In this document: positions 49,993 through 62,570 of the stretch, in pieces
Numbering within the stretch: position 1 is the first letter of the stretch
How the letters are laid out: every line of letters starts with the position of its first letter
Notes under the pieces: model-generated
The model's input: only the letters and a program-made list of their open reading frames with translations
Databases searched by the model: none
Told to the model about the DNA's origin: nothing
Program-made: the position numbers and the translations under genes
Source: Klebsormidium nitens
Lineage: Eukaryota; Plantae; Klebsormidiophyceae
DNA: 64,000 nucleotides
Reading direction: 5' to 3'
NCBI GenBank assembly: GCA_000708835.1
Contig: DF237018.1
Location: 62,001 to 126,000 of the forward strand

Positions 49993-51909
49993 TCCTGGGC
50001 TCTTCCTGCTGGATTCAATCCTGCAAGATTCTCCGCTCTTTCCTAATCAGGATGTTAGCAGGTGCAGAGATCACCTGCGCCCCAGGCGGCAGCGAGCAGC
50101 TTAAAACTGTTTGAAAGCTCGAGGAGAAGCCTTGTGCGCACCCGCTGCAGTCATGAGCAAATCTGCGCCTCATTACATAATCGAACGCCGCCCTTGACTT
50201 CTGTAGCTACTTGATCTGAGTAGATGCGCCTCCTCTAAATCTTTCATGGATGCAGCCACGAATTTTGTGCCAATTGCATCATAGACTGCAGTCCGACTCG
50301 ACTTGGTGACGATGAAATGGACGTGCAGCTCGACAACGATGCAATTCGCAACTTGCGGGTGCGACGCCCGCGGCCGCGTGCGACGCCCGCCGAATCTTCA
50401 CAGATGTTCTCTGTTTGCCCGCTCTATCTGGCGCTTGGACTAGTAGTTATGGACATGAAGACTCAAATTTCTGGCGCCGCGAGGTTGCAGACGGGGAAAG
50501 CTTCGGATAAAATCGTGCAATCCGTCTGCTCAGGGCAGCTTTCTCCAAATCATGGCCCGAGGAAGTGTCGTAGGTTTGTACGTGCTCACAATGACGTACT
50601 ATAAGAAGATTTGCCTCTTGCAGCATTTCTGATAGAGTCAGTATCAGGAGGCCTGCATTTCGATTCAGAATCATCGCTGAAGAACGAAGGCAATGTTGCT
50701 CCTCGAGATATGAAGAGGCAGCTTAGCGGCTTTGCTCTTTTTCCAAAGCAGGTTGAGAAGCCACAAGAGTTGGTTCCACAAGAACTCCATGCACATGCGT
50801 GAGAGAAGAACTTTCCAGGCTACGGTTCTTTGCATGCAGACGACCTGCCCATTTAGGCTGCAGAGCCTGATCTGGCGTCTTTCGCTTCGTATGAGGCATC
50901 TTGAGGAGCTTGCTCATGTCAGGACTGACTGGAATATTCTGATCGGTTCCGAAGCTTGAATTCATCAACCCGATCTCGACATCAATGCAATCTTCGACAC
51001 TGTATTGTGTTATGCAGCATTTCCATGGATCCTCTGGATGCAAACGCTGAGTCCGCATGATATAAGCCGTTCTCAAGGGGCCCACGGATCAGCTGAGTCT
51101 AGGTTCAAGCACACCATCTGAAGACCGTCGAAAGTGGCACACTAGATAAGGGTAACAAGCTTTTCGAAGATTTTCAATCGAAGTAGAATTGAATTGCAGC
51201 ATTGACTTCAAGAGATTTCAAAACAAGGCCCTGTGACGACCCATCTTCCTCAGTTCATAGCGACGCCCTGTGACGTAAAAATCTAGCTCAAAGGATACGG
51301 AAGTGCATGTGTTGAGTGGAAGTGCTTAAGAAATACGAGAATGCAAGCAAGAATAAAGCTGGGCTCCTCTATTGCGAATCGACTTCCGGATCCTTCTTAT
51401 CATTCTCGGCCCGTTGAGCCCTTGCCTGTAAAACGAATTGCAACTCCGTTAACACCCCGAAACCACGTCAATTACCTCAGCATTACCTCTAGAGTCGCCT
51501 GCTCGTTTTCTTTATCTAAGACGCATCTTAAGATGTTACCGCTTGCTGCACAGCTTTTCTCGAAAATCTTCGAGAAACAGGCTTCTGCCTGTCTATAAGA
51601 GCAGAATCGTTTGATGACAGCAACATTCTTGATGGGAGTCGGCGGTTGTATGCCTGCGGATGCTGTGAAGACGGGACTTTGAACTCGCAGTGAATAGTGA
51701 CGCAATAAAGTGCGTGGTTCACGTGCGCGTATCCAGCAATACCGGGCCGCCGTAGGTTAAGCTGGGCGCTATAGGACCCTATCGAGCCCTTTGGATGATG
51801 TTGTGAAGCTACCAAAATCGGCGTAGGACCAGCTCTGCGAAATGTCATCAGAGAACAGCACCAAAAAAGATTCATTGCACAAGTACACTTTCTAAGACGG
51901 CTTGCTTCC

Positions 51910-53859
51910 TTACATTGTCTTAGGCGTTGCTGCCCCCAGCTCGGCACCGTGTTTTGTGGCCTTCCTTCCAGGCAAGCGTCTGGCACTCTGCAGGAGTGAG
52001 AAGCGAACCGCCGTATGTAAGACGGTAGTCAACTTGATGATGGAGACAGACAACAGGTCAATGAGTCCCCACGCGCAATCTACAAACATATTTTCGGGAT
52101 GAAGGAAGAGCGGCAAGGTTCAAGATAAAGCATCCGAGCCCATCTGACAACCTTAAATCCATCTCCGATTCCTGACGTACGTCTAAAGATCTGTCGTCCA
52201 GATTCAAACGGAAGAGTGACAAATTCATTGGATCAAGTTCCTTATAGGAGAATATTGAGGATCTAAAAGCAGATCAACTCACATCTGATCATTCTGAAGT
52301 GCCCTTGAAACTGACTTCAACAATTTCAAAGAGACTAAAGGAAAGGTGATCACCTCGAGAGCAGTAAATTGCCAGACGGCATTTGCTGCAGATCTTGAAC
52401 TCGCCAGAAGCAGACTCCTTCTTCGAGCACTCTGTGCGCGAGCACTTTCTGCGGGAGTTCCTTTGCGTTCTGAACTCATCCTCCGTCGCAAGAGTAACAA
52501 AACTTGTTCGCTGACCGCTTGGAATTGGGTCTACCTGAAGGAGTCTTCGGGCCTCTGCTCAAGATCTGGCTCCCGGTTGCATTCGCTTGCGAACAGGTCA
52601 GTCAGCTGTCGCTTCCTGTCCAGTGCCTTGCTAGAAGCGGCCAATATCTTTTCCAGCTCTTCTTTGTAATCTGCTCTTGCCAGGATGGGGCTGAAGGTTT
52701 TGTGATCCAACAGGCAAAGAATTTTGTAGACGTAGCCCTTTCTTTCCTCTTCGAGGCTCGAACAAGTTGCGAGCGCTAGCAGAGGGGCCAAGTACTTTGA
52801 TGGAAGCTTCTTTTCCTTGGAGAGGAAAGCGGGCCGTTCCTTCAGGTAAAATGCCAAGTTATTGATGGCCAGCCTTATCACCTCCGGGTCCTGGGACACT
52901 TCAAAAGCTTTGACCGCAACTTTGAAAAAGTCGTCAAGAGAAATTGGAAGGGCGCGGGGGCCTGAATCGAGCACTGAGATCGTTGTGATGACACGGTCAA
53001 CAATGTCGGAAGCCAGCCTCGTGTCAGCCAAGCAGTCACTGTGAATCTGGGAAAGAAGGGCCCTTCTGCCGCATATCACCTCTCTGACGTCATCAGTCGC
53101 CCAAAGAGCAAAGCCTCCCAGCGTTTCGAGCGATGTCAATTTCTCTTCGTCTCTCAAACTTTCGGACACTGGAGGCACGTTTTTGACCTTCCCTCTTCCC
53201 ACCAGCATGACCGGGTTCTCAGAGAGGTAAGATCCCTCGAGAATGAAGAGCAAGTCAGGTATGGACTTTTTGACGAAGCGCCATGTCCGAGCATCTGCCA
53301 TGAGCCCGTTCAGGATCTGGAGGCAGGTCTTGACCTTTGAAAGTACGAGCAGGCCGTCAATCGAATTACAAACAGCCTCCTCCATGCTCCCTCCAGCCAT
53401 CATGTAGATATCACCTTCTGCCTTCGCTGATTTGAGGATGCGGATGATCTCTTTCAGGATTCCTCGCTCTAGCATGTAGGCTGAGAAGCAGGCGTTGACA
53501 GTAGAACCCTTCAGCACTATCCTATGAAGCACAGATCCAAACTTGCGTAGAGCGAAGTAGCGCGTCTCCGGATCTTGGTCCTCAAGTTCTTCAAAGATTG
53601 TTTTGAGCCATGCACTGCTCTCTGGGTTCTGCAGGTCCAATTCCACAGTTCCAGGCACTTCAGCGCGCATCCTCATCTCGCTATTAGTCAGCTTAGAATA
53701 AGTTCTTTCAAGGTCGAGCACGGGACGGAATGGCTTCACCCTGGGAGCAGGCTTTGATCCATCCCGCTGATTCATCTGCGGTTCGCCGGCACCCTCCGAA
53801 TGCATGGCGGTTTTCGCGCCTGTGCCAAGGTTTGCGGCTGCACAGCAGCTTTCTTGCAC
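51910..53859 (-). pseudogene. Helical-domain + MYND protein, copy D, frameshift just before the MYND finger (or functional via an 86-nt intron)
   Basis: The 442-aa ORF stops at 52531. The homologous continuation QVDPIPSGQRTSFVTL...RRKCSRTECSKKESASGEFKICSKCRLAIYCSR is in another frame, and the last exon 51987-51910 gives ECQTLAWKEGHKTRC. The true start may be the MHSEG Met near 53805. Confidence 0.7.
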
Positions 53860-54592
53860 ATGCTATTATGCTGAAGTTTGAAACGAAGCCAGGCGCCTCC
53901 CACCTTTGCTCCTCCTTGTTTGTTTGCAGCAGTGTGTCAGGAGCAGTCTTACTCGATGTGGCCTCGAAAACAGCAAGAGTAAGCGCGTCGCCTTCTGCTT
54001 ACTCGATACCAAGCAGGATTCAAGTCACAAGTTGATTTCCTGGCATGTGCTTGCTCGCGCATGCACCTCTGCGCACGCTCTGGCTCTAGACCCTTCGTCA
54101 CTCGTGCACTTGATTCTGGATCGTCAATCTGACTCAGTTAGCTGCTCAGCTCGATTTACATCGTCTTCTCGCTTGCATCGACTCGCGGGGCCAAACTGCT
54201 ACGTTTCGAACTAAAGTTCCTCCTGCTTCGCATGGTCACGAGGTTTGAAGGCTATTAAAAAAGAGGATCAAGCTCGTGAATGGTATCAAAAGGGGCGCTT
54301 CCTTGCAACAACGACAGACTCCAATAGCAGCCTTCCTCGAGGTGAAAAGCAACTCGTTCCAGCACACTGAAGATAGGCGCCGCAAGGAGCGCCGCGCGCA
54401 GATACATTTTTTGCTTGAATGAGAGAACGACTGGTGAACCAAAAGCCAGGGAGGTGCCTCGAGGTGACTTTAGAGCAGCTTTAAGCCCTGCAAGCAAGTC
54501 CGGTGAAGTACCGTTCCTTGCAAGCCACAGGAGCCTCTTGTAAACCAGTCCTCCTCTCCCAATCCCCTCAGCCCCCCCAGTCCTCTGGAAAG

Positions 54593-57500
54593 ATGGACGA
54601 GTACGAGGATACGTTACTGGTCTTGGTGAACCAGACGTTGGACCTGATGTGGCCCCTGGCCCTGTTCTTCATCCTGCTACTGACGTACCCCCCCCTGGCC
54701 GTCTGGCGCTGCGTCAGGTGGCTCTTCACCTTCCCCTGGCCCATGCAGGACAGGGTGGTGCTCATCACCGGGGCATCCTCGGGGATTGGCGAGGTAAGAG
54801 TGCTTGGAAACCTTGTTGCAGGGATTTAGCATTTTCTTTGCAAAGCTCTTCCCTCTTTGCGAAGGCATTGGCCGATTCTTTTTGCGGAGAAAACAATGAA
54901 ATATTCTCTGAGGTGAGCTGGAAGCACAAAATCATTCGACTGAACTCTACACTTTTGTGCATACCCAAGTGCAGAGATGAACCTTCAAAACGACTGGAAT
55001 GGAGGATGATCCTCCCCCACATCCCATGCTTTCGTTCATTTTTGGAGTACACAGCCTCTAAGCTCTCAGCACTGATTGCATGCCCTTTCTTCGTCTACGC
55101 CTCACCTTTTCATGTTATGTCGCCGTCAGTAGAGAAAGCGGCACGACATCCAGAACTAACCGACGGTTTGATTGATTCATAAAGAACCTCGAGCTTAGAT
55201 GAAATTGCTATCCCGAGCTTGACTTCCAATGATGTTCCGATTTTATCCTGGTTTCCAGCACATCGCGTATGAGTACGCCCGGCTTGGAGCCCGCCTGGCC
55301 CTCGTCGCCCGGAGAGAGGAGAGGCTGGAGGAGGTCGAAGACAACTGCAAGTACGAACCCCTGATCCTCTCTGCTTGAAAGATATGGTTTCTGGTTAGAA
55401 ATACTGGAGAGTACACGCTTAGACGTGAGAGCTGATTCTGCAGTTTCGAAGACAAGCTCTCTCTGGATGCGAGTAGAAGCATCATACAGATTACGAAATT
55501 CTGTCTCGGAGGGGCTAAATCACCACTTTGTGCAGTACAACTGTGATTGCTTTGAGGTTTCATTTTGTGGGCTGCTACCAGAGTGGACTAATGAGCTTTT
55601 GCCTCATGTAAAACTTCTTCGTTTTCTGCTTGCAGGAGTCTTGGGTCACCTGACGTCCAGATCATCCAAGCTGACGTCAGCAAGGAGGAAGACTGCAAAC
55701 AGGTGGTGGAAGAAACGGTCCAACACTTCCAGAGACGTGAGGCACTCTCGTTGTTTGAGATTTATCGTTGGTCTTCGAACCGAAAACGGCCATTGCAACT
55801 ATTATAGAGGTTGCATTCTGTTTCAGAGGTCTGCAGGTGTTTCTTCAAAGGACATTGACAGCGTCCTCAATCAACTTGTGGTTACTCCGGGATGGGATGG
55901 TTCCAGCCTTTGAATTTTCTCAAAGGCTGCCCCAGATATTCTTGCTGTCGGTTTGCAAATGTTTGATGCTCGCTCGCTTGCTCAATGCATCAAATGTTAG
56001 TCATGTTCTTCTGAGGGAAAAGGGTTGGGTCTCCAAACTTAGACTTACAATTATGTTTCTCAATACCGCTCGAGGGCAAACAATTGCCCATTGTTTGCCG
56101 TTAAAGATACTTCGTCTTGATCAGCCGGATTCCGGTTGTCGCTTATAAGCAGCTGTTCCCGGTTCCCGCGCGCTGACGTTTTTCTCTCGCGGTCAAACTT
56201 GTCTCTGGCACTCACCTCTTTCCTTGCTCTTCACAAGGATACTGCTTACTTTTCTCAGCCAAAATTGCTTTCGAAGTCTTCCCGTGCGTCAATGCATTCC
56301 GCTTTTCTGCCGCAGTCGACACGCTGCTTCTGAACGCGGGAGTGGCGCACATCTACTCTTTCGAAGAGGCCGACGACACCAAGGGCTTCGGGCCGATCAT
56401 GGTAGGAATCGATTCTGAATTTCTATTTCCGTTTCTAAAGGACATGAAGATTTCGTTCAGGCAGTTCTGCAGAGTGAGAGGAAGCAGGCAATTTCCAACA
56501 TCTTGGACTTTCATTTCAGACCGCACCTCACATATACGAACGCATTTTCGAATTCGAAAGCGTCGTTTTCGAATTCGAGACCTTACGGCGCTTCTTCGTT
56601 ACGTGCTCCGCTAGTACTTCCTGCCCTAGATTGGTTAGCACACCCAGAAAGCATTCCCCTTCATTCTGACGTTTCAATATCCTTACCAAGCAAATGCGGC
56701 CGATCAGAATGTAACGTTTAAATTATTCCATCTGGGCCAAACTCATTGGAAGTTACCATGATTGAAGAATTTGTTTTCATCATCGAATGTCGAAGGCAAG
56801 AATGGAAAAAAATGAAAATAAGCTCGTTCTTTTGCAGGACGTCAACTTCTGGGGCTACGTGTACACGACCAAGTTTGCGCTGCCGCACCTGCGCCGGAGC
56901 CAGGGCCAGATCGTGGTCAACGACTCCATCGTCTCCTTCCTGCCGCAGGCCAAGACCAGCATCTACAACGTGAGCTTCGTTCGTGTTGCTTGAATGATCA
57001 TTCTGAGATTTGAATGGCAAAGCTCTTGATACAGGACAACTTGCATGTACGAAGCTCCATTTTGAGAGGCAGCCAATCTTGTCTCAAGGCATGAAGAGCC
57101 CAACTGCTGATTGGCCGAGATCCTAAGCAGCCTTTCTAGGATCCTAAGCAGACTTTCTTAAAAACGGACCGTTCAAGCTTCGCGACCGTCAGAAACAAGC
57201 TACAAGGGGTCCGAACCCGCGAGCCTCTGGGCTGCCTCAACCTGTCCAACCGCCCTTCGACACACTACGAAACTAGATACTATTACGTGTCACACCCTGC
57301 GAATCCATTTCTCTTCTAAGAGGCCGAACACTTCTGGTTCGCCGGAGACTCCTTCCGCGGAGTTGGGCTGAGGCTCGAACTGGGCGTGCGAAAGAACTTC
57401 CCTTTCCGTGACCGGCCTGTTTCTCGCCTGAAGAACAAGATACTCTCGTTTACGCTTTGCTTTCTCTGCCAGGCGTCCAAGGCCGCGGTGAGCCAGTTCT

Positions 57501-58875
57501 TCGAGACGCTCCGCGTGGAGCTGGGCTCTGCGGTGCCCATCACAGTCTTCCTGCCGGGGGCCATCAAGTCCGAGGTGCGCGCAACCCTTTACTTTTCAGC
57601 AAGCTTTATGCTGTCTTCAGACGATTATCATTGCTTCGACTGCAAGTTTGGAACCCTTCAAGGAAATAACGGACCGTATCACAAGTTTCAAGTTACCGCT
57701 CACAGCCCACGTCTTCGGATCTGGGGATCTGGGGAAAGACGACTATCTATAAAGATTGGTTGGTCGGATGGCAGGTTCAGCGGACCGTGCAACTTCCTTT
57801 TCTTTCCTGATCACGAAAAGAATGCGTTTGGTCCTTCGAACCTCGTGATGCGCCCTTATTATCACCTCATTGACCGAGGACCGTTTGTTACAGTTCACCG
57901 CGATTCCCTGAGCTGAGTCAAGGCGCTTCGAGATGCGGCTTCGGCCGCCATGCAGATCTGCAGAACTTTTTGTCCGCCCAGATCAGATTCTGGTTTAAGC
58001 CGTAACACCATCTCGCCCTGTCCTGCAGATGACCGACGGGAAAGTTCTTCTCCCCGACGGAAAGGTGGCGTCGCCGGATGAAGCCTTCCGGCTGCGCAAC
58101 GTAAGCCCTCGGGCGCTTCGTTTTAGCTTTGTCCTATTTGTCCTGAGCTTCCTATTCGGATGAGAATTCCAAAATGTATCAATTTTCTCCGAGCTCTGTA
58201 CTTTCGTCCGTGCCCCGCTTAAGATTTTCAAACTCGTTTTTGCGGATGATTCTCAGATGAGAACGTCTAGTCCTCAAGTCTTGGGACATCTATTTTGCTG
58301 TTTCGCTGCCGCGACGACTGGATGCAGCCTACAGCACGTACCGGAAAGCCGAGCTTATGATTTCCTCGGCCTCTGCATTCTCATGATCTGAAGTTTCTCC
58401 ATGGAAAAGAAGCACAACAAAGCGCCAGTCGCGGTCTTAATCACTGTGAAAGCTGAGAGTGACGCACGAACGAAGTATGCCAACACCTTGTGCGGGCCAC
58501 AAAGTTGTCCGAGCGTCTCACATTGCGTGATGTAGCATTCAGATCATGAATTGATTTCAGTAAGAGTTTCGCGAACGAATTCATCCCCTGCAGGAGGCCG
58601 GCTTCGGGCTCTTCCCGCTGCTGCCCACCTCCGCGCTCGCGCGCCGTGTGGTGAAGGCGGCGCGCTACCGTCGTCCACGTGTCGTCATCCCGTCGTGGTA
58701 CAAGACCATGTTCTACCTCAAGATCTTCGAGCCCGAGCTGCTCTACACGTCGCTCCGCATCTTCTGGTCGGGGCGGCCATCGTTCGCCAAGCGCCTGAGC
58801 GAAATCTTTGGCGGGGGCATCAAGCCGCCCGGTCCCAAGGAGTTCGAGAGGGGGGGTTTTCGCAAGGACGAGTAG
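54593..58875 (+). CDS. HSD: 11-beta-hydroxysteroid dehydrogenase-like SDR (steroleosin type) paralog 2
   Basis: MDEYEDTLL...LLLTYPPLAVWR...VLITGASSGIGE|HIAYEY (55259-55350)|SLGSPDV..|VDTLLLNAG|DVNFWG..IYN|ASKAAV (57473)|MTDGK..|EAGFGLFP..FRKDE*. The exon structure parallels paralog 1, with an extra intron in the exon-6 region. Confidence 0.92.
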
Positions 58876-61178
58876 AAACGCGGGGTGGCGCTGAGTAAAG
58901 AAAGCAGGAAGATTGGAAAGCACGAGATCGAATGGAGATACTCTCCATTTGAGCGAGACGGCTTAGTAAGAATGAGGGGTGGGCGGGGTGGAGAAGATGA
59001 GTAGTGTGACGTACTGTGGCCATATGTTGTTTCAGCAGTCCGCGGCAGACGTGTCTGCGTCTTGGGACAGCTTTGTACATATAAGATTTTTTCCAGTCGG
59101 AGTCTTCTTTGCGCCAGCCTACAGGCTTGCTGGGATGTCTGGCAACAACCGAGGTGTAGGGGCTTTTGCTTCATGAAACTATTGTTGACCGCGAGCTCGG
59201 TCGTAACAAGGCGTACCGTTCTGTCGCGAGGATACACTCTCCCAACTTTGAATGCATGACAAGATAGCACCAATTGTTGAAGCAATCGAAGCATTTCATG
59301 GACGGGTATCGTTCTATTTTGACTGCCATTGCATCACATGGATTACGAAGCGTATGCATCGTGAGATATTAGCGTCAGTCGACGAATGCCAGACAAGATA
59401 TAACCTTCGCATATGAGAGGAGCCTAATTCGCGAACCTCATATCCAGATGTAGAGCTCTCCCAGAGGTGCTAAATCCATGATACGAAGGACGGCTGATTC
59501 AGCGGACGGTCGAAGGAGATACGCGCTCACCTGAGGCAGTGCGGTTCAACTTAGTCGCAGAAAGTTGTGCCAGTCCAGCAGATTGGACAGAATACTTTGG
59601 GTACAGCAGAAACGAGCTCAGTAGATGTACTTAGCACTGAGGGCAACCGGCTCTATAAGTGTGCGCGTGTGTCATGTGTATGACCATTTGATCGGATGTT
59701 TTGCAATCATGAGCTATTCATGGTCTAGGTCCGCAAAGCTTACCATGATTAATTGACTACCATCATTCGGAACGTACCATTTTGATTCATGAGCACGTGT
59801 GCAGCCATATGAGACGTCCTCGCCGACATCGCGCGTGGAGCGCTGTGCTCATTTGCGGTCGCGCGCATCCGCGAACATTGGCACAGCTACTGATTTCTGG
59901 CCGGCCTGGCGCCGCTGCGCGCGCATGTGCATGTGTGACGCATTTAATGATTCGGTCTGTGCGCTCAATGTTGCGACACGACTCTTGATCAGGATAAAAA
60001 AAACGTGACTTGCATCTTTTCGGGGGGGTTGTTGGCTTTCTTTGACGACTCCTGTGGTCACTCAAAGACAGTCTGCTACCGATCCAGTTGTGCTGGTCGC
60101 TGCGTCCATAAAAGTCTTGCTCCACGTTTGGTGGGTTTATGCTCAAAGCTAGCTCTCACTGATGCAGGATGCCTCCAGCACAGCATGGTGAAACATAAAC
60201 CCAACCTATCGATTGCTACGCGTTACTCAATGTGGCCTCAATCCGTCTGGTACACCGTCCCAATGCAAGCGACTAGACCTAACTTAGTAAAGTGACTTAG
60301 CGCACCGCAGCTAAAATTGTCTTCCCTATGCTAGGTGGCGGCCGGTATGGTCACTGTCAATAAATACATGTACAAGTGGTACAAACACAAATATAGATAC
60401 ACAAATACAGATATAGAAACCAACGAAGGTTTCTATACACACCTATCTCGAGTCCATAAATTGGGCCCATCTTTGTCTTGTCAAAGTTCTTAGCCCAGGA
60501 CAGCAACATTGGAACTCGGCGAGCCTTCACATCGCCCAAGCCATGCTTGCCTGTAAGGAAATATCCTTGCACTTTTGAGCAATCAGACTCCTCACTTTAA
60601 GGTCTACGCTGAAATTTCTGAGAGTCTCTTTCTGCCAGCTCTCTGGAGCCTGCTTCCGCTGGCAACCAGAGATGTTCAGCAAGGGCTGAAGGGACGACAT
60701 GGATCCTTTGCACACAACGGTATACGTTTTAGGCAGTTACCTTTTACGCGGAGTTAAACTAAGACTGCAAAAAGTAGACTGGTTTCAAACCAGCAAAAGT
60801 CATGTAGAGTTGCTGATCTCTGTGGGCCAAAGTCTGTAGATGACTGCTTCTGGAGATTCATGCCCTCAAATGAAGGACCAAACAGACACGGACGGAAGCT
60901 CCTCATTGCTTGCAATAGATACGAAACTGAGCCAGACATTGCCTCTTGTTTTTAAGAGGGGACCAGCACTCAAGCACTTCAGAAATATGACAAGCAGGCT
61001 GCCTGATCCAGCTGAAGCTTATATACCTTTTCTGAGGTTCTGAAATGCATGTTGAGGGACTATTTTTTTTGAATAATTTTCAGATCCATGTTGAGAGCTT
61101 CAGCACTAATCCGATTACCGGATCAGCTGACATCTAGTGGAACATGAGTGACATAGAAACGCTGCAAATCCTCACCTT

Positions 61179-62375
61179 CTAGCTGAACTTGTCTTCGTCT
61201 GAGATTGGCGCGTCCGGCAGCACCCCCAACGGATTCGGCGTGTTGTGCTTGGAGTACCACGCTGAAATCTGCCCCACCACTAAGCGGAAAAAGCTCCTGG
61301 CTATGAACCTTGCGCCGGGGTCGCCAGGGGGGGCTGTCAGGGGGTTTGCCTCGTGCGGCGTGCGGTCAGTGAACCAGCACAACTCTCGGGCTGCTAAATT
61401 TCTTCCAGGGCCTAAGCGCTCAATGCCCCCATGCCGATCGGAGACTTCATCCGGTTTGTTGATCAGCACTGGCCAGACAGTGCAAGAGTCGCTGACGTTG
61501 GAAGCCATGTAGATACCGTCAGTGAGCTCATTCTGGCCCGCAGCCTTATAGCCCCCGCCCCAGAAACGATGCGAGGTCTCAAGTGTCTTAGCCAGACCGC
61601 CATCCCGGATCTCCCCGGGCCGCTCAACATGTAGCCCAGGCCGGCGCTGGGACTCTCCTATTGGGACGAGGCTTTCATGAATTGTTAGGTATGCGACCTG
61701 GTTGAATTTTGCTGGGAGCGCCGCACGCTTGCACATCTCAATAAACTTATAGTACTGACGGCAGTATGCTGGGAGAGTGTTGAGAAGGTCAAGGTCATGT
61801 GGTTTGATCGGCATCATATTTATCTGGATGCCCTTTGGTTCTGGGAAGGAGATCAGCTTAGGGTGCCACTTGCGCGCCGGCCCTAAATGCTGTGAGGCAA
61901 TGTCAAATGCCACCGACTTCCGGTCCATGTGCTCCTCATACCAGGTGTCTACAAGGCAAAACACCCTGGTCCAGATGTGTTCGTTTCCTCGAAGGAGCGA
62001 GAGGGGGTTTCCTTCGTCCAGCGTGCCACGCAGGATAGTGAATCTGACAGTGTCCGCAATAGGAATGTTGCAACGCTCCGCTTGCTCTGCGCTGTCAACC
62101 GATTTCATCATCACTTTCAGAATATGAGTAAACCCTGTCCACAAATCTAGGCACCAGAGCGAGCTCGACAGATTTGACACCATCATTCGCCTGCGACTCA
62201 GCGGCCCTTTCCTAGAGCCAGCGGCCAGCTCCTTTCCTGATCTGAAGAAGGGAATGGTCAACCATGTAGTAGTGCACTGTGCAGCATTCCCTTGCACAAT
62301 CATGCAATCATGACATGGCTCAGGGTGGGGGATCATCCTAGAAATTGGAGAAGCCGCGCGCGCCCCAGGCAGCAT
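61179..62375 (-). CDS. Intronless hypothetical protein with 2OG-Fe(II) dioxygenase-like (double-stranded beta-helix) motif pattern
   Basis: 398-codon uninterrupted ORF (true start probably a Met near 62185 or 62110) containing YLTIHES, QRRPGLHVE (HxE), GIYMASNVSDSC.VW, LCWFTDRTPHE (distal His), RSFFRLV (terminal-strand Arg) and HNTPNPLG. The fold call is from motif recognition only. Confidence 0.7.
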   Translation of the reverse strand: MLPGARAASPISRMIPHPEPCHDCMIVQGNAAQCTTTWLTIPFFRSGKELAAGSRKGPLSRRRMMVSNLSSSLWCLDLWTGFTHILKVMMKSVDSAEQAERCNIPIADTVRFTILRGTLDEGNPLSLLRGNEHIWTRVFCLVDTWYEEHMDRKSVAFDIASQHLGPARKWHPKLISFPEPKGIQINMMPIKPHDLDLLNTLPAYCRQYYKFIEMCKRAALPAKFNQVAYLTIHESLVPIGESQRRPGLHVERPGEIRDGGLAKTLETSHRFWGGGYKAAGQNELTDGIYMASNVSDSCTVWPVLINKPDEVSDRHGGIERLGPGRNLAARELCWFTDRTPHEANPLTAPPGDPGARFIARSFFRLVVGQISAWYSKHNTPNPLGVLPDAPISDEDKFS

Positions 62376-62570
62376 AAGCCTGAACTTGAAGCCTCTAAGT
62401 CGCGTGCCAGGCCGCTAGCCGGCCGCGCTAGTCACGCCCGCGCGCCTCTGAAGAGAATTCTTGGTCATGACAGTGCATGGTGGTCAAGCTAAGTTAGAGA
62501 GCGGCTAGATCTGCGCCCTTTTAGTCTGTGCAGCGCACACTGACAGCGAGGCTTTGCAGAAGTGAACACG

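Noticed and set aside
50600-51900. Scattered ORFs between MYND copies C and D
   Set aside because: No recognisable motifs or consistent splice chain; may be a decayed gene but cannot be supported.
56535-56580. Palindrome tttcgaattcgaaa, partly duplicated
   Set aside because: A short intronic palindrome whose spacing does not fit a heat-shock element; there is no further support.
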